64,000 bases of DNA from contig NC_042998.1 in NCBI RefSeq assembly GCF_006345805.1, forward strand, positions 30,008,001 through 30,072,000, read 5' to 3'. This document shows, one piece after another, positions 12,952 through 24,081 of this stretch. Made by a program: the position numbers and the translations under genes. The notes beneath the pieces are model-generated. The model saw nothing but the letters and a program-made list of their open reading frames with translations. It did no database searches and was not told the DNA's origin. Source of the stretch: Octopus sinensis. Its lineage: Eukaryota. Each line of letters opens with the position of its first letter. Within the stretch, counting starts at the first letter, position 1.

Positions 12952-13081
12952 ATATATATACACACACACAATTATATATATATACATATACACACACACA
13001 ATTATATATACATATACACACACACAATTATATATATACATATACACACACACAATTATATATATACATATACACACACAC

Positions 13082-13112
<31 letters not shown>
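12952..13112. repeat. ~28-30-bp minisatellite, about 5 units, built from TA/CA
   Basis: Recurring TATATATACATATACACACACACAATTA. Confidence 0.85.
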
Positions 13113-13117
<5 letters not shown>

Positions 13118-13118
13118 T

Positions 13119-13669
13119 CACGAAACTGAGTCAAAAAGTAATGCCATTTTGTTTAGGACAGATACAATTACCAACACAGGAACATGTATCATACATCAAA
13201 ATGAAGCTGGTCCTTTGTGGATCACATCCCTACTTCTCAATATAGTCACCGTTTCTCTCAATAGCAATGTTCCACCTTTGAATGAGAGCATGTATCCCTG
13301 CCCCGTAAAATTCTGTTGACTGTTCTTTGAACCCCTTCCTCACTACAGTTCATACTTCCACGTCACTGGAATAATGTTTGCCTCTCAAACCCTCTTTCAT
13401 GGGGCCGAAGGGATGATAGTCCAGTGACGACGAAGTGAAAACTGTTGTGAAGAAGTGGCTCATAGAACAGTCTACAGAATTTTACGGGGAAAGGATACAT
13501 GTTCTCATTCGAAAATAGAACATTGCTATTCAGAGAAACGGCGAATATTTTGAGAAGTAGGGATGTGATCTATAGAGGACCAGCTTCATTTTGATGTATG
13601 ATACATGTTCCCGTGCTGGTAGTTATACCTGTCCTAAACAAAATGGCATTAATTTTGATTCACCCTCGT
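13119..13669. mobile_element. Mariner-derived palindromic MITE made of two inverted transposase 3' ends
   Basis: Right arm encodes SDDEVKTVVKKWLIEQSTEFYGERIHVLIRK..NGEYFEK; the left arm is its reverse complement; terminal ..TCAAAAAGTAATGCC / GGCATTAATTTTGATTCACCCTCGT. Confidence 0.85.
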
Positions 13670-13699
13670 CGATAGATGTAGGTAGGTAGAGAGAGAGAC

Positions 13700-14105
13700 G
13701 CAGGAATGGCTGTGTGGTAAGTAGCTTGCTTACCAACCACATGGTTCAGACCTCAGTCCCACTGCGTGGCACCTTCGGTAAGTGTCTTCTACTATTGACT
13801 CGAGCCGACCAAAGCCTTGTGAGTGGATTTGGTAGACAGAAATTGAAAGAAGCCTGCCGTATGTATATATATATATATGTGTGTGTGTGTATGTGTGTGT
13901 GTGTGTGTATGTTCGGTGTCTGTGTATGGCCCCTCTCCATCGCTTGACAACTGATGTTGGTGTGTTTGCGTCCCCGTAAACTAGCGGTTCGGCAAAAGAG
14001 ACAGAATAAGTATTACGCTTACAAAGAATAAGCCCTGGGGTCGATTTGTTCGACTAAAAGCGGTGCTCCAGCTTTTAGTTTCAACGATTGAAAAAATAAA
14101 AGAAT
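13700..14105 (+). mobile_element. SINE family B (tRNA head, CORE-like box, internal microsatellite)
   Basis: GGCTGTGTGGTAAGTAGCTTGC head; GGCACCTT.GG.AAGTGTCTTCTACTAT box; (TA)n(TG)n insert; AATAAGT..GGGGTCGA tail. Confidence 0.9.
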
Positions 14106-14259
14106 ACTTATATATATATATATATATATATATATTTGATTTTGTCTTCGCGAGTTCGGAAACGAACAAAATCGATAGGAAAGAATTATTCCAAATTCTA
14201 ACACCCGCCTTTTTCTCAAAATACAATATCTGTACACCACTTTAAACACTATACAAACC

Positions 14260-14299
<40 letters not shown>

Positions 14300-14303
<4 letters not shown>

Positions 14304-14512
14304 ATAAAAAAAACGAAGAACAAACACAAAGAAAACAACAACGTGAGGACATAGTACATGAATAGTATTAGCAGACGCTCAGAGAAGGAAAGAAAGGGGG
14401 TTTTACATTTCGAACAAAGCTGTTCTTCAGAAACAGAAGACAGTGGAAAGTCCAAGAGAAAAGAAAGCCGGAGGAAAAAATCGCCAACGATTCACATATG
14501 ATTACATCTTGA
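14300..14512 (-). mobile_element. (TA)n-flanked PLE pLTR-like fragment with degenerate HHR at 14400-14434
   Basis: gttt CTGAAGA acagctttgttc GAAA TGTA aaac: core and 4-bp stem I intact, stem II eroded. Confidence 0.55.
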
Positions 14513-14522
14513 GATATATATA

Positions 14523-14565
<43 letters not shown>

Positions 14566-14578
14566 TCTTTTCTGTGTA

Positions 14579-14616
14579 TCTTTCTGTTGAAGAGCGTAGG
14601 CTCGAAACGTAAAAGA
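14579..14616 (+). ncRNA. Minimal type I HHR-like fold with variant core CTGTTGA
   Basis: TCTTT CTGTTGA A GAGC-GTAG-GCTC GAAAC GTA AAAGA: 5-bp stem I, 4-bp stem II, palindromic stem III; lies in a (TA)n-flanked repeat at 14563-14712. Confidence 0.6.
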
Positions 14617-14712
14617 CTTGTTTTATTTATATTCCTGAGCATCATTCTAATACAATTGTTTGCTTGTATTCCACCTGCCTTCGTCTTTTGTTTATTTTCA
14701 TAAAACTTCCCG

Positions 14713-14757
<45 letters not shown>

Positions 14758-14761
<4 letters not shown>

Positions 14762-15491
14762 AGAGTTACCGTTAAGTGGTTAACTCTAGTGTTAGAAATA
14801 GCTCCTTATTCTGGTATAAATCATCAGCAGCATTTGTCTTCGATACAATTTATTAGACCATCACGGGCGACAAATACCCATGCGGTCCAATCGATTGCAT
14901 ACATAGTTGTGATTTTAGGCTCCCCGCCAAAAGCATGGTAAGACTTAGTGGAAACGAATACTGCATATATTATTTACTGCAGTATATTAAATTTATAAAT
15001 TCATAAATGAGGGTGAAAAATTAGATATTAATTTAATAATACCATCAGTTTAACACCAAGTGGCCTAGCACATAAAAACCATAAAAATCACAACTATGTA
15101 TGCAATCGATTGGACTGCATGGGTATTTGTCTCTCGTGATGGTCTAATAAATTGTATCGAAGACAAATGCTGCTGATGATTTATAGATAAATATGTGAGT
15201 ATAATTGCATATTATATTGATAAAGAAACAATTGTTCAACATTAATCTATCTTTTCGTTGTATTTCACTTTCCTTACGTTGAAGGTAATGTTATTTCTTT
15301 GTGGAAAAAACTTCGGTGGCTATACCAGAATAAGGAGCTATTTCTAGCACTAGAGTTAACCACTTAACGGTAACTCTCTTATATTTACGTATAAATTTGT
15401 ATTGTCTCCCTGGTTTTTATGTGCTAGGCCACTTGGTGTTAAACTGATGGTATTATTAAATTAATATCTAATTTTTCACCCTCATTTATGA
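14758..15491. repeat. Three interleaved near-perfect inverted repeats
   Basis: a 14758-14818/15321-15381 (1 mismatch in 61); b 14815-14916/15084-15185 (3 in 102); c 15001-15081/15411-15491 (identical, 81 bp). Confidence 0.9.
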
Positions 15492-15702
15492 GTATATATA
15501 TATATATATATATATATATTTTTATATATAGAGGGATTATACATACATGCCAGGAGGCATTCTACATACACGCCATACGCTAAGAGGGACAATCAGTCAT
15601 TTCTACCAAAAATATTACTAATCTACGCTATCTACCTGACAATTTCTTGTTAAGTTTCCTTATTAAGTAGTTGTCCTTAATTGCTAAAATATATTATATA
15701 TA

Positions 15703-15733
<31 letters not shown>

Positions 15734-15744
15734 ACTTTCAACTT

Positions 15745-15948
15745 AGGCAGAAGGCTAGAAATATCAGAAGAAGGATTAAGTCGATTATATCGATCTTAAT
15801 GCTAAATTGGTACTTAATTTATCGACCACGAAAGAAAGCTGAAATACATAATCAGCCCAGCGGATTTTGAAATCAGGACGTAAGGTCAGATGAAATTCCA
15901 CTGAACATTTTTCCCGGCGTGCTAACGATTCTACCAGCTCGCCGCTTT
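15745..15948 (-). mobile_element. SINE family A
   Basis: Core TGGTACTTAATTTATCGACC and head ..CCCGGCGTGCTAACGATTCTACCAGCTCGCCGC. Confidence 0.85.
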
Positions 15949-16661
15949 ATACAAATCGCAGAAACTAAGACCACATCACGAGATATAGTTTTAAAAGAGC
16001 TGACATTTACGTGTCATAAATACATTAAAATTCGAAATTTATGTTCTCTTTCAGTCTAGCATTACTTCACGAGCGTCACAAATAGTCATCGTGGGATACC
16101 CTTTTTTTGTAGGAAATATTGAGTTAAAGAGTAATATTTACCATGAAAATATTGACTAATGCTTAATTAAATGTCATTAGAAGTAGCCTCGGTTTGATTT
16201 GTTCTGTTTTTTTTCTTTTTGTATTTTCTGTGTTTGCTAAATTTTATAATCAGTTCATCGCCCACATCTCGTGTATGGTAAAATGACTTTTACCAGTCCA
16301 TTGAGTATAAAGTTTTGTCAAACTGATTTTATCATTGTAATTAGCATTGTTAATACGGATATATTTATTCTTTAGAAAGTGAGCTCAGTAACAAGGGGGA
16401 ATACACTTAATAACTTCAGCCCACCTCTAATTTCTATACAACTAAATTCCAGGACACTCGTGCATGCATACATGTACATACACACCCACGCATACCATAC
16501 ACACACACATATAACACATAAATTAATCGCTACATTAATATGGCTGTTCGATATTACTACCGTTTTAACGCCAAGCAGATCTTCCACCAAATGGTTATAG
16601 TTACAGCCTGCACCCTGTATTATTGCAAGTAGGATAGCGAAACCCTATCCTTAAACGAAGG

Positions 16662-16712
16662 GATCGCAAATCCGATTCGATTTCGGATTATTTCTGCCCA
16701 TCCTCAGTCGCA
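16662..16712 (-). ncRNA. Degenerate second copy of the same HHR (core CTGAGGA intact, cleavage triplet lost)
   Basis: TTTGCGA CTGAGGA TGGGCAGAAATAATCC GAAA TCGAATCGGAT TTGCGATC. Confidence 0.6.
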
Positions 16713-16941
16713 AACACCCGACCGCTAGAGAGATGGCAAGTGTCTACTCCAGCGCGAAATATACCCAACATCAATATTGATGTGCCAATTAACTTTAATT
16801 GTCAGTATAATTACTACTCCCATCCCTTATTATGATTTTCTAACTGGATACTTTGCTTGTTGCAAATCAGTGACCGATGGTCACTTTGTTTTTTTTATAT
16901 ATTACCAGAGCGAACTTTTGCCATCTCTTTAGTGTTCACGC

Positions 16942-16995
16942 GATCGCCACGGAGGATGGGCAGAAATAGCCCGAAACCGAGTCGGTCTCGCGATC
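16942..16995 (+). ncRNA. Type I hammerhead ribozyme fold (core CGGAGGA; predicted GUC cleavage after 16987)
   Basis: GATCGCCA CGGAGGA T GGGC-AGAAATA-GCCC GAAAC CGAGTCG GTC TCGCGATC: stem I pairs 7 of 8, stem II 4 bp, near-palindromic stem III. Confidence 0.75.
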
Positions 16996-17225
16996 CTGTC
17001 ATCTGGTGGAGGATGGTAGGGAGTTCGCTCCTCTGTTTGCCATATACACAAGTTGCGGGGTGCACCTATCACCATCCGGCGGAAGATCTGCCTGGAGTTA
17101 AAGCAGTAGCAACATTGAAAAGCAGTAGCAACATTGAAAAGCAATATTGATGAGGCGTTGAACTTTACTTGTCAGTATCGTTACTACTCTCATCTGTTAT
17201 TGAGATTTTCTAACTGGCTACTTTG

Positions 17226-17273
<48 letters not shown>

Positions 17274-17289
17274 ATCGATATTAGTAATT

Positions 17290-17450
17290 TATAGAAAAAC
17301 AAAACATGAGGACAATTGTATGAACATCAAGCAAGTTTATTAGATTGATGCTCAGGAAAAATGACTGACTTTTTACGTTTCGAGTCTATGCTCTTCAAGA
17401 GAAAGGAATAAGAGAAAATAATCAGAGAAAGAATGAAAAAAAAATACTTC
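17290..17450 (-). mobile_element. (TA)n-flanked pLTR-like repeat with degenerate HHR-like fold at 17368-17405
   Basis: ttt CTCTTGA AGAGC ATAG ACTC GAAACGTA aaaag; same family as 14579. Confidence 0.55.
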
Positions 17451-17750
17451 TGTATATATATATATATTATATATATATATATATTATAGCATACTCGCGT
17501 CACCATCTGTGTCTCGGCCATTAGAATGCAGTAGAAAATTCAAAAGTGATATTTAGCCCTCGGCATCAGTACTCACTGAAGTGAGCTGTTTATTCACTTG
17601 TGATTTTTATTCCATGGTGGTAACTTGGCTATTATATTTACTCGTTTCCTCGAATTCACCAGTGTGTATTAGTGATAACAGTGTTTTTTGAGTCGTTTTT
17701 TAATTCTTATTTCTAGCATTGGTGGTACTATCATGCACACTGATTACCAT

Positions 17751-17814
<64 letters not shown>

Positions 17815-17945
17815 TATATACATACATACATACACACTATTTAGAAATAGGATAAAATCTTTATATGAATTTATCAAGTAGCGTGAAAAACCTCATAAGG
17901 GAAAAATTCCATCAATTTTTCTCTTAATTATATTTATTTATATCG

Positions 17946-18182
17946 AGGGCATTACTATACATAAATGCCACATGCTAGGAGGGACTCTTAAAGTCAAAAC
18001 TACCAAAATAAATAAACACATCTTACCGAATGCGAGGGAAGCGAGCATTTTAAAAACAGAATTCAGCTGCATATCATATGATTTCCTAATTAGTGCACAA
18101 ATTCGATACAATGTGCTTATTTTTGTAGTTTTGACTTTCAGAGACCGCCCTAGCGTGTGGCATGTATGTATAGTAATGGCCT
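17946..18182. mobile_element. MITE with ~60-bp terminal inverted repeats
   Basis: AGGGCATTACTATACATAAATGCCACATGCTAGG..AAAGTCAAAACTACCAAAATAA versus its reverse complement at 18117-18182; no clear TSD. Confidence 0.8.
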
Positions 18183-19159
18183 GAAAAAAAAATATATATA
18201 TATAGCTGATATTTCCAATAGTAAATTCCTTCCAAATGGACGAAAATGTCTAAATTTGATTCAAAATTGCTTAAGTGTCTATGTAAGTGGCACATTTTCA
18301 TCACTTCCATTCAAGTTGTCATCGATATAGAACACTAAAAAATGCTCCTCGAAATATATTCGACCTATATGCTTCCTCTTTCCCTCAGTGAAACCCCTCA
18401 CTAAACTCTTTGTTAAGACCTCAGGTACAGATCTACACTACACCTAAGGCAAATCTCACCAAACAGACAAACACACACAACACATGTGCATAAATATATA
18501 CGAGGACATCTTTTAAAATTTCCCTCTATCAAATTCACTCACAATGCTTTAACCGCCCCGAGATAATAGAAACATTTGCACAATTTGCCTCACAGTTGGA
18601 CTGAATCCGGAACGATATGGTTATGAAGCAAGCTCCTCAGTACCTATCTATGCCCGAGGCTTCATCTAAAAGTTTATTAAAAATAAAAATATTTCAATGA
18701 AATCACGGTTAAAATATCTCTAAGCAGAGCAAATGTGGGATTAGAACAGCATATTTATTTCAAATATTTGATTCGATGGTTTTAAATTGTTTCTTTAATA
18801 TAGAAAAGTTATCACTTGTTTAAGTAAGAATGTTTGTTCGATGGACGGAAGTTTTTGGTGATTAATCGCATTGTTATTATATATATATATATATATATAT
18901 CTATATATATATATGTATGTGTGTGTGTGTGTATTTACACGTAGTTTTTCAAACTTAATACTTTCTAAAACTTTGGTTTTTCACCAATTTCCTCTCCTTC
19001 ATCGACTAACAATATGACAATCATTTGATTAATAACACGCAAATTTTCATGTTAAAATTACGACCAGACGTATACAGGAGTCAATAATAAACGAGTAAAT
19101 AATATTTGTCTACCTTATATAACAAAAATATTTTAATAAAATAAAAGAAACTTTTCAAG

Positions 19160-19690
19160 TTTATACATTATTTACATTATTTACATTTGACAGATATTTA
19201 TCCTCATCTTGTTTGTTGTTAACACAACATTTCGGCTGATATACCCTCCAGCCTTCATCAGGTGTCTTGAGGAAATTTCGAACCTGGGTTCTCATTCCTA
19301 AGGTATTTGTCTATGTTATTATTATTATTATTATATTATTCAGGACACTTCCTGGAATCGAACTCGGAATTTTGATTAGTAGCCCGCGCTCCTAACCACT
19401 ACGTCATATGCCCGTGGTCGTAGTGGTTAAGAGTGCGGGCTACTAAACTCAAGATTTCGAGTTCGATTCCAGACAGTGACCTGAATAATAATAATGATAA
19501 TAACAACATCGAAAAATACGTTAGGAATGAGAACCCAGGTTCGAAATTTCCCCAAGACACCTGATGAAGGCTGGAATGTATATCAGCCGAAATGTTGTGT
19601 TAACAACAAAAAAGATGAGGACAAATATCCGCCAAATGTAAATAATGTACATAATTCCTCATCTCTTAAATATAGAACTGTATTTCTAAA
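19160..19690. mobile_element. Head-to-head inverted dimer of a tRNA-headed SINE with PLE-like HHR tail (family E)
   Basis: Minus copy ~19160-19417 abuts plus copy 19418-19690; HHR folds at 19222-19265 (-) and 19557-19600 (+); third copy at 30173-30440. Confidence 0.85.
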
Positions 19691-19730
19691 TGTATATATA
19701 TATATATATATATATATCGGTCTCGCATTA

Positions 19731-19885
19731 GGCGCACGCGTGGCTGTGTGGTAAGTAACTTGCTTACCAACCACATGGTTCTGGGTTCAGTGGCACCTTC
19801 GGCAAGTGTCTTCTATTATAACATCGGGCTGACCAAAGCCTTGTGAGTGGATTTGAAAGATGGAAGCTGAAAGAAACCCGTCGTG
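19731..19885 (+). mobile_element. SINE family B, 5' half
   Basis: Head and CORE-like box present, tail absent. Confidence 0.85.
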
Positions 19886-20066
19886 TATAAATATTTATAT
19901 ATAAATCAGGAATGGAAAACAATAAATTGAACTATTAAAAATGTAATTCAATTTAAATATTTTATGCCAAAAATGACATATTTCATAAATTATAGCTGTT
20001 TCTGCTTCATCAATAAAACGAACTTTTTCAAGAATAATCAAATCTGTTTAAATATGTAATGGTGCT

Positions 20067-20114
20067 TCGTCAAATACTGAAGCAGATATGTGTATCTGCT
20101 TCAGTATTTGACGA
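20067..20114. other. Perfect 22-bp hairpin with 4-nt loop
   Basis: TCGTCAAATACTGAAGCAGATA-TGTG-TATCTGCTTCAGTATTTGACGA. Confidence 0.9.
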
Positions 20115-20351
20115 CAAATATGAAATAGAAATATTTAAGATTGCTAAATCTTTACGAAAACACTTTATAAGGGCGAGCTTAATCAAAAATAAATTGATAA
20201 TCTAACTGAAATTTTATAAATTCATAAATTTAAGTCTATAAATATTTCAATTTGAGTCTGCAAGGCCAAATGCTGATTTCTTCCACAAATCCGAATAACC
20301 AGTCTCTAAGCATCTAACTTTGAACGAATTAATAAATGTTTTAGAATTCCT

Positions 20352-21087
20352 ATGGCCGCGCTTTTGCCTAGCTCAACTTCTGGATTAATGCTCTACAATT
20401 CCCAAACAATCTCCATCATACCACTTTTTTCCTCCTTTGTACGGCCACACCTTGAATACAGCTGCCCACTGTGGTCTCCTCACACAAGACAAAACATCTC
20501 CAGAATTGAGTCACCCCAGAGGGCACTCACTAAACGAATTGAAGGCATGGCTGCTCTCGATTATTGGGATCGCCTTAAAGCCTTGAAACTTTACTCCCTC
20601 CAGCGTCGCCGTGAGCGGTACATCATTTGTACGATGTGGAAAATATACCGCCAACTATGCCCAAACGACCTAAACATTAGCTTCAAGGTTCATCCACGAC
20701 TTGGACCACGGGCTATACGTCCCCTGCCCAATTCAAGATCACAACATACATGTACACTGCAACATAATTTCTTTTCCTCAACAGGCCCTGCCCTATTTAA
20801 CATTGTCCCGAGAGAGATCAAAGAGGAAAAGGATCCCATCAACTTTAAACAGTCTGGATAGATTCCTTCAAAGAATACCAGATAAGCCACCCATAATTGG
20901 ATACAACTCACCCAACAAGAACTCACTACTTGAACAAAACTGGATACAACTCACCCAACAAGAACTCACTACTTGAACAAAACTTGACTTAAACAAAACT
21001 TGTCTTAAACAGGATTCGAATAATCCTATCAGGTGGTGCTATTAAGTTAGACATGGTCGAAACATATCTAAGTTTATCTAAGTTTAT
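20352..21087 (+). mobile_element. CR1-group LINE 3' fragment
   Basis: FVRPHLEYSCPLWSPH..IESPQRALTKRI..LDYWDRLKALKLYSLQRRRERYII..GPALFN..FK..(L)DRFLQRIPDKP; 43-bp tandem duplication 20898-20983; (TCTAAGTTTA)x2 tail. Confidence 0.9.
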
Positions 21088-23839
21088 ACACAATAAATAT
21101 AGCGGTACATTAATCTAAATCAATATACAAACTGTTTTGCTTCCAGTACATAATACTTTCTTCTGACAGCCCTATGAACGCCGAAACTATTACGGAAATA
21201 TATCATCATGAGCCAACAAGCAGTTAGCTTCTAAGTTTAGACGCAAAGTTATGAAATTCGAAGAAACCTTTTGTTTTTCATGTATCAAATATCAAATTCA
21301 TTTTTGTTATCCGTATTATTACATCATACACAGCAAGAGTTATTTCCGATGGTGTTAGAAGATTAATATCAGGGTGATGGAATAATTGCTGCCACTAACC
21401 TAAACTCGCGCAGCTTATTCAGGGTTAAGATTGATCGCCATTACATCTTTCAAGGACTAAAATTTGAAATTGCTGTAGACTAACATTATTATGATTAATA
21501 TGCGGATTGTAATGCTAGATTTAGATAACAGATTCATTACTTATATATAATACATAACAAAACAGTTTATTATAATGAATTCATCACCCTAGATGTATGA
21601 ACAAGCATTCAGTAAATATTAGTTAATCCCTAGTCTCCAGTGTTAGCATTAAGTTGCTTGCCTTTAACAATACACCCCTTGCCATAATGAAGTACTAAAG
21701 GGCAGTACTAGAAAGTTTTAGAAAGAAACAAATAAAAGGGGTTTTTTTCTACAAATTTCTGACGACCTTTCTCTCAGTATTCAATTACTGCATATCACAC
21801 CTAACACTCTATACAGACACACACGCATATATATGTGTGTGTGTTTATATATATGTGTATGTATGTATATATATTTATATACATATATATTTATATATGT
21901 ATATATATATGTATATATATATATATATGTATATATATGTAATTATATACACACGCATGTATTTATATATACATGTGTGTATTTGAGTGTCTGTCTTTAT
22001 ATTTGTGCTTCGCTTCCACCACCGCCAAACAACCGGTGTTGGTTTGATTATACCCCTGTGAGTGATTCCACATAAGCGGCTAATAGAATAAGTACAAGGC
22101 TTTAAAATAGTACCGATGCCGATTTATTGACTTGATCCTTCAAGACAATGCCCAGGCATGGGCTGCAATCCAGTAACTGAAAGAAGCATAAGACAAATGA
22201 ATGTCTTATCCAGCCCACCGAAGATTAGAACACAACAATCACGAACTGGTGATCGCTTTGTTCTGAACAGAAGCTATTCTATCTCTCCACCAATTATAAC
22301 CGCTACAAAAGCTCTTTCCTTACCCATTACTTTCCTTCTTTCTTTCGTCCCTGATTTTGTGTACGTTTTCTTGCTCCAAGTTCTGAGATAATTATAATCC
22401 CAGTCTCCTCCTCCATATCCTTTCTTACGTCAACTTACCTTATTCTTCCTATTAATTCGCTTACAAAAATGAAAGGACATTTATAACTCATTCTAATGTA
22501 ATTCAGCAGTAAACAACCCACATTTAGTAACCTCTCCAATGTTGGTCTCTCTCTAATTCCTACTCCTTCCTTCTTTCTTTCTCTTTGCCCTACATCTATT
22601 TATTTAATATTTTGGCCACCACACGTCTTATTATAGGGTTCATGATCTTCCATAACAGGAGTTCATGAACTGGCTATAAATCATTACACCATAATGAGAG
22701 TGCTGCATGCATACTAGCAATAATTATATAACTATATCTCTAGTTATTTGACTTTATGACCTCAGTTATCATTATTATTAATGTTATTATATTTCCATCT
22801 TTTAAAATAATATTAATATTTTCCTAACATGATGGGATATAGCCATTATCTAGGTTTGCAGCAATGCGTATTCCCACGCCCCTAATATCACTGAATTGCA
22901 AATATCTATTACAATAGGTAAAAATTGATTCTTGTAACTTACTAATGCGAAGGTCTTTGCTGCAGCAGCGTAGTCGTATCTTTAGTGTCAAATAGATTCT
23001 TAAATATTATTCCTCAAATATCTATTATTTACTCATAAGTTTATTATACTTTCATAATATTCCAAAACGTTATTCCAATATTAATTGATCCCGGTGGACA
23101 CTAAATTACTTAGTAAACTTCGTTGCTTTCCCGAACTCTGCTAGCAAGTATGTGAAAGTTATCAACTTCGTCTACCAACATCATCCTCGGGACGCGAGCG
23201 CCCAGCAACTTCTCTTCTTCTATCGTACACGAAGAAATATCACCACGCAATCTTCTTGCACTCACAGAATACCTGTCACTCAACAAAATATAATGCAAGC
23301 ACCTGTATCATGAGTCTCTTAATCTTTCGCTTCTATCTTAAAATGGAATTCATTACACACGTGACTTAACTGCAAGCGGATTCAAGTGAAAGCCCTACCA
23401 TATTAAATCTACTTAATTTTTGCCACATTGATATGGGTAGAGGATTAACGAACCTGAGTTAACTCGGGTCTTAAATACGTTTCTACTGATTTTGAGTTGT
23501 GGTCAAATGTGAGCGCCATTCTTTCAGCGTTGAAACCTAAGTAACAACGCAGAGCGGATGCTTGCTGGAAACGCAATCGACTGCAACGCATATTTTGCAG
23601 TATTTGTCGCATTCTTAGATTTCTGAACTGAAATCCTGTCATCGCCTACTTATGTGGTTCATTTACTTTGTGAGACCGTTTAAAACCATCCCCTGGCAAT
23701 TTCAGCAGAGTCAGCTGTATTTGAAACCAGGGCCCAGCTTTTTGCTGATTCATTCTTTCCCTCTCATTATATTCCCTTCCCCCTGTGCAATTTATAGAAA
23801 TACATTTTCCAACCAATAAAATTCCTAAAAGAGGCTTAT

Positions 23840-23846
23840 ATATGTA

Positions 23847-23882
<36 letters not shown>

Positions 23883-24050
23883 AGTATATATATGTATGTG
23901 TATGTATGTATATATATATATAAGTATATATGTATGTTATGTATGTATATATATATATAGTATATATAGTATGTGTATGTAATGTTATATATATGTATGT
24001 GTATGTATTATGTATATATATATATATTTATATTATGTTATGTATGTGCA

Positions 24051-24081
<31 letters not shown>

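Larger units (their letters stand above)
16520..17229. mobile_element. HHR-containing non-coding retroelement cluster: one inverted copy plus tandem copies
   Basis: Minus copy ~16520-16760 is homologous to plus copy ~16900-17229; 86-bp direct repeats 16772-16857 and 17142-17227 (14 mismatches, 370-bp period). Confidence 0.75.

Noticed and set aside
22439-22978. Minus-strand micro-exon candidates (22439-22459, 22942-22978) and an HhH-like peptide DIRGVGIRIAANL near 22870
   Set aside because: AAG acceptors, incompatible phases and an impossibly short intervening intron; no coherent reading frame.
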